Assembly (NCBI GenBank): GCA_048882505.1
Contig: JBHLRO010000006.1
Coordinates: 90,001-122,000, forward strand
DNA length: 32,000 bases
From: Candidatus Thorarchaeota archaeon
GTDB taxonomy: Archaea > Asgardarchaeota > Heimdallarchaeia > Hodarchaeales > Hodarchaeaceae
Reading direction: 5' to 3'
Below are positions 1 through 8,886 of this stretch, piece by piece. The notes under the pieces were generated by a model that saw only the letters and a program-made list of their open reading frames with translations, ran no database searches and was not told the origin of the DNA. The position numbers and the translations under genes are program-made. Position 1 is the stretch's first letter, and each line of letters begins with the position of its first letter.

Positions 1-2
1 TA

Positions 3-1058
3 TCGCGAGAAGAATACCTGAAGCTTCCTCTTGAAGAACGTTACATTAAGTTGGATGCGTCTGAGAAGGAAAGAGCTGAGGAGCTCTTTGAAAAATCCAC
101 CACAGTGGATTTACACACCCACATCTTTGGAAGTGTATTTTTTGAATATGAATATGAGCAGGTACGCCAAATGGGAGTTGATGGACTGTTTGAGGCGGTA
201 CCTTGTTTATCAGAGGACTTTTTGGAATCTATGAAAATCCTGGGAAGGTACAAAAGTATCACAATGAAGGAACCAGGACTTATTCCAGCCTATACTGCTG
301 CTGATGTCGAAAAAGCGAAAAAAGAAGGAAAACAGGCCGTTTTATACCAGTTGGAACCCCATACATTCAAGAGAAATCCAGATCTTGTAGAAGTAGCCTA
401 TGGACTGGGCATTAGAATGGCCCTGCTTACATTTAACTCAAGGAACTATCAAGGAGACGGATGTTCAGAGAGAACCGATTCCGGGTTGAGCTATCTAGGC
501 ATGGAGCTGATAGAGAGAATGAACAAAATAGGAATGATGGTAGATCTTTCTCATGTGGGGATAAAAACAACCTTGGATGCAATAGAGCATTCCAAAGATC
601 CGGTTCTTCTAAACCATACAGGTGCCCGGGTTTTAAATCCACCAGTCCTTAGATTAAAACCTGATGAGCCCCTGAAAGCGGTTGCGGAAAAAGGGGGGCT
701 TATAGGCATCTCTGCCATCCCTAATCAGCTTTCCAGTCAGAAAAAGCAGGGCATTGATGATTTACTTAACCACCTAGACTACTGCATCAAATTGGTTGGA
801 ATCGATCATGTGGTGATAGGTCTTGATAATGTCTTTAGAGACCAAGTGGCTGGACACAAGAAGCAAGAAGCGAAAAACATGGTAAACTTCGCTCGATCAG
901 GAATAGTCCTTGCAGCGGACTATATGTGGGGGATCGAATCTCCAGGTGAGTGGCCCAATATCGTTCGTGGATTGGTAAAGAGAGGCTACTCAGACTCAGA
1001 AATCAAGAAAATCATCGGTGAAAACGCGCTCAGGGTTATGAGAAAAATCATAGGGTAA
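3..1058 (+). CDS. Membrane dipeptidase (peptidase M19, amidohydrolase fold), paralogue 1; 5'-truncated by window edge
   Basis: Frame is open from base 3 (SREEYLKLPLEERYIKLDASE...), matching the N-termini of the other paralogues, so the true start lies a few nt upstream of the window. Motifs DLHTH, QLEP, DLSH, NH, GLDN, and C-terminal IVRGLVKRGYSDSEIKKIIGENALRV. Confidence 0.9.
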   Translation, partial: SREEYLKLPLEERYIKLDASEKERAEELFEKSTTVDLHTHIFGSVFFEYEYEQVRQMGVDGLFEAVPCLSEDFLESMKILGRYKSITMKEPGLIPAYTAADVEKAKKEGKQAVLYQLEPHTFKRNPDLVEVAYGLGIRMALLTFNSRNYQGDGCSERTDSGLSYLGMELIERMNKIGMMVDLSHVGIKTTLDAIEHSKDPVLLNHTGARVLNPPVLRLKPDEPLKAVAEKGGLIGISAIPNQLSSQKKQGIDDLLNHLDYCIKLVGIDHVVIGLDNVFRDQVAGHKKQEAKNMVNFARSGIVLAADYMWGIESPGEWPNIVRGLVKRGYSDSEIKKIIGENALRVMRKIIG

Positions 1059-1101
1059 CGAAAGATAGCAAGAAAATTTGGGCACGTTAGGAGGCGTTGA
1101 G

Positions 1102-2154
1102 ATGATTCCGCTCCAAGAATATCTGGATCTTCCTCTGAAAGAGCGTTTTATCAAACTGGATAAGGCTGAGGAAGAACGTGCGGATGAGCTTTATGAAAAG
1201 TTTATTGCAATAGAACTTCACAGTCACATACTTCTTGATGAGGATTTTATTGTTCCCCGTATTAAAAACTCCGGGATCAATGGTTTTTTCGAAGCTGTTG
1301 CTGCTATAAACGAGAATTTTCACGATTCAATGGATACCCTTGGATATCTGCTCAATCGAACCATCAAACATCCAGATTTTGTGCCTGCATTCAGGGCAAG
1401 AGACTTTAGAAAAGCAAAGGATGAGGGGAAACAGGCTATAATGTTCCAACTGGAACCTCAAACCTTCGGAAACGATCTGGATCGCGTAAACATCGCCTAT
1501 GGTCTGGGAATAAGGATGGCCCTTCTTTCATTCAACACCCGTACCTACGCGGGCGATGGTTGCGGAGAAAGAACCAACCAAGGTCTGAGTTATTTTGGAT
1601 TAGATCTAGTGGAGCGAATGAACAAGGTTGGCATGATGATAGATCTATCTCACGTGGGGATACAAACCACCTTGGACGTTATTGAAGCATCAAAACATCC
1701 TGTTTTGGCTAATCACGTGGGAGCACGTGAATTATATAAACAAAGTAAGCGATTGAAGACCGATGAGGAACTTAAAGCAATTGCAGAGAAAGGGGGTCTG
1801 ATAGGAGTTTCTGCCATCCCGAATCAGCTAAGTGGAGAAGAAAAACAAAGTATCGATGACCTACTGAATCATGTAGAATACATTGTCGACTTAATCGGAG
1901 TAGAGCATGTAGGAATCGGACTCGACAATGTATTTGAAGATCAAGTGGAATATCACCGCCAGGCAGCAAAATCCATTTTCAAATTGGAACACACGGGGCA
2001 GGAACTTAATGCTCCCTATATGTGGGGGATCGAAAGCCCTGAGGAATGGCCTAATATTGTTCGTGGACTTGTACAAAGAGGTTATTCAGATCAAGAGATT
2101 GAGAAAATAATAGGGATAAACGCTCTAAAGATTATTGAGAGGGTGGTAGGTTAG
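1102..2154 (+). CDS. Membrane dipeptidase (M19), paralogue 2
   Basis: ELHSH, QLEP, DLSH, ANH, GLDN motifs. ATG at 1102 preferred over TTG 1078 because AGGAGG lies at 1089-1094 and MIPLQEYL aligns with the paralogue N-termini. Confidence 0.92.
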   Translation: MIPLQEYLDLPLKERFIKLDKAEEERADELYEKFIAIELHSHILLDEDFIVPRIKNSGINGFFEAVAAINENFHDSMDTLGYLLNRTIKHPDFVPAFRARDFRKAKDEGKQAIMFQLEPQTFGNDLDRVNIAYGLGIRMALLSFNTRTYAGDGCGERTNQGLSYFGLDLVERMNKVGMMIDLSHVGIQTTLDVIEASKHPVLANHVGARELYKQSKRLKTDEELKAIAEKGGLIGVSAIPNQLSGEEKQSIDDLLNHVEYIVDLIGVEHVGIGLDNVFEDQVEYHRQAAKSIFKLEHTGQELNAPYMWGIESPEEWPNIVRGLVQRGYSDQEIEKIIGINALKIIERVVG

Positions 2155-2187
2155 AAGTATATATTATAGGACAGGTTACGGAAGAAA

Positions 2188-3297
2188 ATGATCACCAGAG
2201 ATGAATATCTAAACTTACCATTAAGAGACCGATTTATCAAGATGGATGGAACGGAAGAGGAGCGAGCAAAAGAGCTTCACAGGAAATTGATTAGTATAGA
2301 TCTGCATAGCTTGATCTTTTTTGATGAAACCAACGTGGTTCAAAAAGTTAAAGGTTCTAAAATAGAAGAGCATGTATTTGGCGATGCCTCCCGAGTTCCG
2401 AAGATAAAAAGATCTGGTGTGACAGGATTTTTTCATTCTGTTGAGGCCATTCATGAGAATTTCCACGAATCTATGGATCTATTAGGCCTTCTACTCTATT
2501 TAACGCACAAACATCCTGATTTTTTTCCTGCATTTAGAGCTGAAGACTTTAAAAGAGCCAAAAAAGAGAATAAACAGGCCGTTATGTTTCAATTAGAACC
2601 TCAGACCTTTGGAAGAAATTTAGACAATGTTGATATTGCCTATGGTTTGGGGATCCGAATGGCGCTACTCACTTTCAACACCCGTACTTATGCAGGAGAC
2701 GGCTGTGGGGAAAGGACTGATAAGGGGTTGAGTTATTTTGGTATGGATTTAGTGGAAAAGCTCAATACTGTAGGAATGTTGGTTGAATTATCCCACGTAG
2801 GGATTCAAACAACCTTAGATACTATTGAAGTGTCTAAAGACCCATGTATATTTAACCACGTTGGAGCCAGATCACTTTTTCCTCAGAGTAAACGATTAAA
2901 AACAGATGATGAGCTTAAGGCACTGGCTGAAAACGGAGGATTGGCAGGGGTTTCTGCAATACCTAATCAGCTAAGTAACAAAAAGCAACAAGGTATAGAG
3001 GACGTGATGAATCACCTCGATTATATAGTCAACCTGATTGGAGTAAACCATGTGGGAATTGGGCCAGATAATATCTTTGGTGACCATGTGGGCCTTCTGC
3101 GGCAGGCTACAAAAGATGCTTTCAGTTTAACTGATATTGGGATGGAATTGAATTCTCCATTCATGTATGGGATTGAGAGTCCAGAAGATTGGCCCAATAT
3201 TACTCGTGGACTGGTCTCTAGAGGGTATTCTGATCAGGAGATTGAGAAAATATTAGGACTTAACGCACTAAAACTAATCCAAAAGGTTATTGGCTAA
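2188..3297 (+). CDS. Membrane dipeptidase (M19), paralogue 3 (atypical HSL metal motif, N-terminal insertion)
   Basis: Same fold motifs (QLEP, ELSH, FNH, GPDN), but DLHSL replaces HxH and there is an extra segment of about 19 aa after it. Confidence 0.9.
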   Translation: MITRDEYLNLPLRDRFIKMDGTEEERAKELHRKLISIDLHSLIFFDETNVVQKVKGSKIEEHVFGDASRVPKIKRSGVTGFFHSVEAIHENFHESMDLLGLLLYLTHKHPDFFPAFRAEDFKRAKKENKQAVMFQLEPQTFGRNLDNVDIAYGLGIRMALLTFNTRTYAGDGCGERTDKGLSYFGMDLVEKLNTVGMLVELSHVGIQTTLDTIEVSKDPCIFNHVGARSLFPQSKRLKTDDELKALAENGGLAGVSAIPNQLSNKKQQGIEDVMNHLDYIVNLIGVNHVGIGPDNIFGDHVGLLRQATKDAFSLTDIGMELNSPFMYGIESPEDWPNITRGLVSRGYSDQEIEKILGLNALKLIQKVIG

Positions 3298-3394
3298 TAA
3301 GAAGAATTATCTTGAATAGCAGGCAATCTTATCATGAGGAATCGAAATTTAAAATTTGAAAGGACTGTAACTGATAAATTAGGAGGTATAAAGT

Positions 3395-4465
3395 ATGTTA
3401 TCCTATGAAGAATATCTGAAGCTTCCTCTTGAAGAACGTTACATCAAGTTGGATGCGTCTGAGAAGGAAAGAGCTGAGGAGCTCTTTGAAAAATCCATAA
3501 CAGTAGATTTACACACCCATATTTTTGGTAGTGTTCACTTCGAGTGGGATAGCCACATATACGAACGGGTTCGCAATTCAGGCATCAATGTTTGCTTCGA
3601 AGCAGTACCTTGTCTATCAGAGCGATTTTCAGAATCTGTGGAGCAGTTGGGCAGGTATCTTGCAATTACTGTAAAAGAACCAGGTCTAGCTCCAGCATAC
3701 AATTTGGATGAAGTGAAAAAAGCAAAAAAGGAAGGAAAACAGGCAGTAATGTTCCAAATGGAACCACAATCATTTAGGAGGGACTTGGATCTGGTAGATG
3801 TCGCATACGGTCTGGGATTCAGGATGGCCCTCTTGACGTTTAATACACGAAATTATATTGGAGATGGATGTTCTGAAAGAACAAATTCCGGGTTGAGCTA
3901 TATGGGGTTGGAACTCGTTGAAAGGCTTAACAAGGCGGGAATGATGATAACTCTATCCCACTGCGGTACTCAGACTGCTCTGGATGCAATTGAACATTCA
4001 AAAGATCCTTGTCTCTTCAACCATACAGGAGCGCGAGCATTAAATCCAAAAGTCGGCCGCTTGCGTACAGATGAGGAGTTAAAAGCTATTGCAGAAAAGG
4101 AGGGAGTTGTTGGTATATCTGCAATTCCAAACCAGCTTTCATTGGAGAAGAAACAGGGCATCGAAGATCATTTGAACCATATAGACTATATTGTAAACCT
4201 TATCGGGATAAACCATGTTGGAATTGGATTGGATAATACATTCCACGATCAGGTTGGATTTCATCGGAAGTTAGCTGCCAGTAAAGAAATCAATCTTGAA
4301 CGGACTGGAATTGTACTCGCCGCTGATTATATGTGGGGATTGGAAAGTCCTGAAGAATGGCCAAATATTGTTCGTGGTTTGGTCAAGAGAGGTTACTCTG
4401 ATAACGAGATTGAAAAGATAATCGGTGGAAATGCCCTTAGGATCATTGAGAAAGTCATTGGATAG
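3395..4465 (+). CDS. Membrane dipeptidase (M19), paralogue 4
   Basis: DLHTH, QMEP, TLSH, FNH, GLDN motifs; AGGAGG RBS upstream; closest to paralogue 1. Confidence 0.92.
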   Translation: MLSYEEYLKLPLEERYIKLDASEKERAEELFEKSITVDLHTHIFGSVHFEWDSHIYERVRNSGINVCFEAVPCLSERFSESVEQLGRYLAITVKEPGLAPAYNLDEVKKAKKEGKQAVMFQMEPQSFRRDLDLVDVAYGLGFRMALLTFNTRNYIGDGCSERTNSGLSYMGLELVERLNKAGMMITLSHCGTQTALDAIEHSKDPCLFNHTGARALNPKVGRLRTDEELKAIAEKEGVVGISAIPNQLSLEKKQGIEDHLNHIDYIVNLIGINHVGIGLDNTFHDQVGFHRKLAASKEINLERTGIVLAADYMWGLESPEEWPNIVRGLVKRGYSDNEIEKIIGGNALRIIEKVIG

Positions 4466-4500
4466 AAAAACGAGAAATTCGTCTATATGGAGAATTCAGG

Positions 4501-5553
4501 TTGATTACGCGTGATGAATACCTAAAAATCCCCTTGGAAGAACGATTTATAAAATTGGATAAGGTCCAAGAGGAAAGAGTCGAACAAATCTACGAGAAAT
4601 ATATATTTATTGAACTGCATTCACATATTCTCAATGATGAATACTTCATTGTCCCTCGAATAAAGAACTCCCGTATAAATGGTTTTGTCGAAGCAGTTGC
4701 TGGGATACACGAGGAATTCAACACGTCAATGGATAGACTCGGTTATTTTCTTAACCGGGTTCTTCATCATCCTGAATTTATGCCTGCATTTCAGGTAAAC
4801 GATTTTGAAAAGGCCAAAAAAGAAAATAAACAAGCGGTAATGTTTCAACTGGAACCTCAAACTTTCGGCAAAGATTTGGACAACGTTGACATTGCTTTCG
4901 GGCAGGGGATCAGGATGGCACTTCTCACATTTAATACTAGAACATATGCCGGAGACGGTTGTGGGGAAAGAACTAATGCCGGCTTGAGTTATTTCGGCCT
5001 TGACCTCGTAACCCGAATGAACAAGGTTGGCATGCTAATTGATCTCTCTCATGTCGGCATTCAAACGACCTTAGACACTATTGAACATTCTAAGGATCCA
5101 GTTTTGTGTAATCATGTAGGCGCACGCGCCTTATATCAGCAATGTAAGCGACTAAAGACAGATGAAGAATTAGAGGCCTTGGCTGAAAAAGGAGGCCTTG
5201 CGGGTGTTTCAGCAATTCCTAATCAGCTTAGCGGAGAATCCGAACAGGGTATTGAGACTCTATTGGATCATTTAGAATACATGGTTGATCTGATTGGGAT
5301 AAACCATGTGGGTATAGGTTTGGATAACACATTTGGAGACCAAGTTGCAGGACATAAGAAATTCGATAAAACTCTGTTTAAACTTGACTATGTGGGCCAG
5401 GAGCTCAATGCTCCGTTTATGTATGGCATTGAAAGCCCAGAGGAATGGCCCAATATAACGCGGGGACTAGTATTCAGAGAATATTCGGATCAAGAGATAG
5501 AGAAGATAGTTGGAAAAAACGCTGTCAACCTCATGGAAAGAGTAATTGGATAG
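4501..5553 (+). CDS. Membrane dipeptidase (M19), paralogue 5
   Basis: TTG start after GGAG; ELHSH, QLEP, DLSH, CNH, GLDN motifs; closest to paralogue 2. Confidence 0.92.
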   Translation: MITRDEYLKIPLEERFIKLDKVQEERVEQIYEKYIFIELHSHILNDEYFIVPRIKNSRINGFVEAVAGIHEEFNTSMDRLGYFLNRVLHHPEFMPAFQVNDFEKAKKENKQAVMFQLEPQTFGKDLDNVDIAFGQGIRMALLTFNTRTYAGDGCGERTNAGLSYFGLDLVTRMNKVGMLIDLSHVGIQTTLDTIEHSKDPVLCNHVGARALYQQCKRLKTDEELEALAEKGGLAGVSAIPNQLSGESEQGIETLLDHLEYMVDLIGINHVGIGLDNTFGDQVAGHKKFDKTLFKLDYVGQELNAPFMYGIESPEEWPNITRGLVFREYSDQEIEKIVGKNAVNLMERVIG

Positions 5554-5605
5554 CAAATATAGCACGGAAATATCCATACTTGGCTATTCTGAGGAAAAAA
5601 ATACA

Positions 5606-6838
5606 ATGGAACGTGATCTTGTTCTCATTCTGGTTGCGGGCCTTGCTTACAGTACCATGCTTGGGCTCCTAAATCCAACAGTCCCCTTGTCCGCAAGCGC
5701 ATTGGGTGCGTCAACAACTTTATTGGGAATCCTCTTAAGTTCCAGAGCAATCGTTCAAACCGGGTTACGTGTCCCACTGGGGCAAGGTGCTGATAGATAC
5801 GGTTGGAGACGTATTTTTTTGGTGGCATTCATTCTTGGTGTCGCTTCAGGAGGTACATTCTTCTTTGGTATTGTGAAAGCAGACGTTTTTCTGTTTTTTC
5901 CAGCTTTAATGTTATGGGGGATGACGAATGCTGCGTTCAGGACCACTGAACAAGGTTACGTATCAGGTATTGGAGGATCGGGGGTAAATCGGACACAGCT
6001 GATTGGTCGATATCTTGCCATTACTGGAGTCGGTCAACTGGCGGGTCCTCCGCTTGCAGGTTATCTGATAGAGGTTTGGGATTTTGGAGTAGTTTATCTG
6101 ATGTTCACCCTATTGGCCCTTATTGGCCTTTTATCGATGTTTTTTCTTTCTGAGAGAGATTTAATAGCAGATGAGAACTCAGAAGAGCCGGAAAAAGTAA
6201 ATGATGATTTAGAACTCTTCAAGAGCTATTCGCGTGCCCTTCAATTAATCCGATCTAATAGAATCCTTGCAATCGCCACTTTTTGCGGTTTTCTTATGAC
6301 CTTAAGCTTCGGTGTGGGGCTTTCTTTCCATCCCGTCTTTCTACGGGATTTGGGACTTGCATCTTTCGAGATTGGGCTACTTCTGGCCGCTAGAGATATC
6401 AGTTCAATTATCAGCCGCCTATTTGCAGGTAACATCTCATTAAGGTTAGGCAATCTAGTTACGGTTTTTTTAGGGATTTTTTGTGTTGGAATCGGAGTAG
6501 CGATAACTCCGTCGTTAAAAGATCCCTTACTGGCAATAATTCCTTTATGTGCAACAGGATTTGGATTTGGAATCTTTTGGCCAGCTATTGTCTCTCTGAT
6601 AGCTGCAAAAACCGACCATGATAAACGGGGATTGGCCATTGGCGTCTTAGGTACAGGATTTACAACAGGTTTTTCAGTGGGGTCAATAATCTTTGGAATT
6701 GTTGCTGATATTTTTTCAAATCTAGATTATGCATTTCTATATTCCGGAATATGTACGTTAATAGGATTTACACTAGTTGTAGTTTATTTTTATTTCAAAA
6801 AAGATCTATATACCCAAATTGATCTTTATAGTCAATAA
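5606..6838 (+). CDS. MFS transporter
   Basis: About 12 hydrophobic segments in two halves; motif-A-like GQGADRYGWRR; co-oriented with the dipeptidase array. ATG 5606 (GAGGA at 5591-5595) preferred over TTG 5546. Confidence 0.9.
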   Translation: MERDLVLILVAGLAYSTMLGLLNPTVPLSASALGASTTLLGILLSSRAIVQTGLRVPLGQGADRYGWRRIFLVAFILGVASGGTFFFGIVKADVFLFFPALMLWGMTNAAFRTTEQGYVSGIGGSGVNRTQLIGRYLAITGVGQLAGPPLAGYLIEVWDFGVVYLMFTLLALIGLLSMFFLSERDLIADENSEEPEKVNDDLELFKSYSRALQLIRSNRILAIATFCGFLMTLSFGVGLSFHPVFLRDLGLASFEIGLLLAARDISSIISRLFAGNISLRLGNLVTVFLGIFCVGIGVAITPSLKDPLLAIIPLCATGFGFGIFWPAIVSLIAAKTDHDKRGLAIGVLGTGFTTGFSVGSIIFGIVADIFSNLDYAFLYSGICTLIGFTLVVVYFYFKKDLYTQIDLYSQ

Positions 6839-6852
6839 TTTCATTTGATCGT
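6793..6852. repeat. Direct repeat, copy 1 (att-like), overlapping MFS 3' end
   Basis: TTTCAAAAAAGATCTATATACCCAAATTGATCTTTA (6793-6828) is identical to 8827-8862; 54/60 identity over the extended match, offset 2034 bp. Confidence 0.92.
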
Positions 6853-7181
6853 TGCCCTTAAGTAATGTTAAAGAAGCGCTCAGGTATCTTGGCGCGATTA
6901 TACCCGAGGAAAGCTGGTGATAAAGATTGAGTAATCCGTCCAACTTGACTGCAGTACGGCATATTCCTGTCGGAATTAAAGACGAAAGGAGATTAACTGA
7001 ATTAACAACTAGGGCCTAATCGGATCATTTCGATGATTCTTGGCAAGGATTCAGCGTGGTTATTTTCATCCGAAAAACTTTGAAAGGTCGATGGAAACAT
7101 AAATTAGAGCAGAAGATTAAAACTTTAGGAAATGTAATCCAAAAAAACGGTCAGAAGACGGAGGATTCGGAAGAACTCCAC

Positions 7182-8624
7182 ATGGGGCCCAGATATCGAA
7201 TCAAAACCTCGGAAACCTGGCTGATCTACCTTCTTCTGCTCTTACCGCTGTTCCCTTGGCTCCTATTCACTAGGTATTTCCTGGTTATTTCTTCAATTCA
7301 TTCGATGCCAGATAATCATGGATCAACAGAACAAATTATCGTGCGAAAAGCAGAGTATTCGGGACAAGTTAAAAAATCCTACCTAGTTCATCCACCAATC
7401 TATATCGATGGAAACCTGGATTTCTTTTCCCATGTTATGGCAGAAAATTGGCCGGGAAACGGAACACTTGCTTCTCCGTATGTTATTGCGGGACTCAACA
7501 TAACAGGCCCTCCCGATGTGGATTTGATAGGTATAAGGAACACCGATGTACTATTCTACATCAATAATTGCCGGTTAGAAGGTGGTAATGGTGGCATTGA
7601 ACTGAATAACGTCACCAATGCGCATGTTTTAGGCAACATTATTTTGAATAATGTAGGCCCTGGTATTAGGGCCAGTTTTGGGAACACCAATACCATTTCA
7701 GGGAATACAATTATGGAAAATGATGGAGCTGGAATCACTCTAAGATTCGTGGAAAATACCACCATTTCCAGTAACTTTATCGATAATAATGCTGGAAAGG
7801 GAATAAACCTTGATTTCTCTCGATTTGCTGCCATTTCAAACAATATCCTCACCAATAATCAGAATGAGGGCCTTCGTTTAGATATCTCGGTTGGGGGTAT
7901 TATTATAGGTAATACCGTCACGCATAATGGAAACAATGGAATTGACATGCATGATTCGAGTGATAGTACTATTACGGGAAATACCTTTAATCACAACGGG
8001 GGGTGGGGGATTGTTATTGGAACATCGAGCGCTAGTACGATTAACAGTAATAAAGTTATTAATAACGAGGTGGCTGGAGTACTTCTATGGTTTGCGGAGA
8101 ATACCAGGATATCAAGTAACACTATCAGCGATAATGGTTGGAGGGGAATTAATTCAGCATTTTCTATCAATACAACTATTTCATACAATGTTATTACCCG
8201 AAACCGCAATCACGGTATACGGTGTGATGATTCGGCACGAAACTTCATTTCAGGCAACAATATCACTTATAATAGCGGTTACGGCGTCTACCTGATTAGT
8301 ACGGAAAGCACTGTTGTAATGGGAAACTTATTTATAAGTAACAATCCCCGAGGATCTTCCCAAGCTTATGATGCTGGTATGGATAATTCGTTCGTTTACA
8401 ATTACTGGAATGAGTGGACTTCATCTGATGGTAATCTGGATGGGGTAGTAGATTTACCTTATTCTATTAATGGGCCAACACATAATCAAGATGGATTTCC
8501 CCGTACTTCTCCCTCGCCTGATTTTGCCAAACAAGTAATGAATCACATCATCACTGTCTTTGCACTATTGGTGATAATTCTAAGCGCTTTGGGAGTCTCA
8601 CTACGGATACAAAGACGTGCTTGA
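7182..8624 (+). CDS. Right-handed parallel beta-helix (NosD/PbH1, pectin-lyase fold) membrane-anchored surface protein
   Basis: N-terminal hydrophobic signal; HPPIYIDGN...WPGNGTLASPYVI cap; many 'N.I..N...GI.L' repeats of about 22 aa; NYWNEW...DGVVDLPY...QDGFP end; C-terminal TM and basic tail. ATG 7182 preferred; GTG 7056 is the longest ORF. Confidence 0.88.
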   Translation: MGPRYRIKTSETWLIYLLLLLPLFPWLLFTRYFLVISSIHSMPDNHGSTEQIIVRKAEYSGQVKKSYLVHPPIYIDGNLDFFSHVMAENWPGNGTLASPYVIAGLNITGPPDVDLIGIRNTDVLFYINNCRLEGGNGGIELNNVTNAHVLGNIILNNVGPGIRASFGNTNTISGNTIMENDGAGITLRFVENTTISSNFIDNNAGKGINLDFSRFAAISNNILTNNQNEGLRLDISVGGIIIGNTVTHNGNNGIDMHDSSDSTITGNTFNHNGGWGIVIGTSSASTINSNKVINNEVAGVLLWFAENTRISSNTISDNGWRGINSAFSINTTISYNVITRNRNHGIRCDDSARNFISGNNITYNSGYGVYLISTESTVVMGNLFISNNPRGSSQAYDAGMDNSFVYNYWNEWTSSDGNLDGVVDLPYSINGPTHNQDGFPRTSPSPDFAKQVMNHIITVFALLVIILSALGVSLRIQRRA

Positions 8625-8826
8625 AGGGCAGGTTTTTCCATAGGGGAAGGATTAGTCCTTATTCGGGATACTGTTAGTAACATACATCGCCCTCAAACGA
8701 GGTTCGTAACCCAGCGATCTTCAGATAATTCCCTAGATCAGGGCTGCATTGAACGTAATTCATCCATCATTATACGCAACAGGATCTTTTTCACTTTAAA
8801 ATGGCCCATTTGAGAATTTGTTCCTG

Positions 8827-8886
8827 TTTCAAAAAAGATCTATATACCCAAATTGATCTTTAGAGCCAATAAGTTTAGGTGATCGT
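8827..8886. repeat. Direct repeat, copy 2 (att-like), containing the RBS of the DJ-1 gene
   Basis: Matches 6793-6852; AGGTGA at 8877-8882 precedes ATG 8887. Confidence 0.92.

Larger units (their letters stand above)
6793..8886. mobile_element. Putative integrase-less integrated cassette (2034-bp unit) carrying one surface-protein gene
   Basis: Bounded by 60-bp direct repeats. Removing one unit would join the MFS 3' end directly to the RBS and ATG of the DJ-1 gene. No recombinase is encoded inside. Confidence 0.55.

Noticed and set aside
31-6639. Short alternative-frame and antisense ORFs over the dipeptidase and MFS genes (e.g. 41-262, 433-642, 1087-1323, 6241-6639)
   Set aside because: They lie wholly within strongly supported genes, have no motifs, and are expected shadow ORFs.
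6800-6827. Calling the repeat core the chromosomal dif site
   Set aside because: It occurs twice, lies inside a coding 3' end, and lacks canonical dif arm sequence; only the 11-6-11 geometry is shared.
7556-8295. ORFs 7556-7855, 7927-8295 and 7991-8209 inside the beta-helix gene
   Set aside because: Shadow ORFs caused by the low-complexity Asn/Ile/Gly codon repeats of the real gene.
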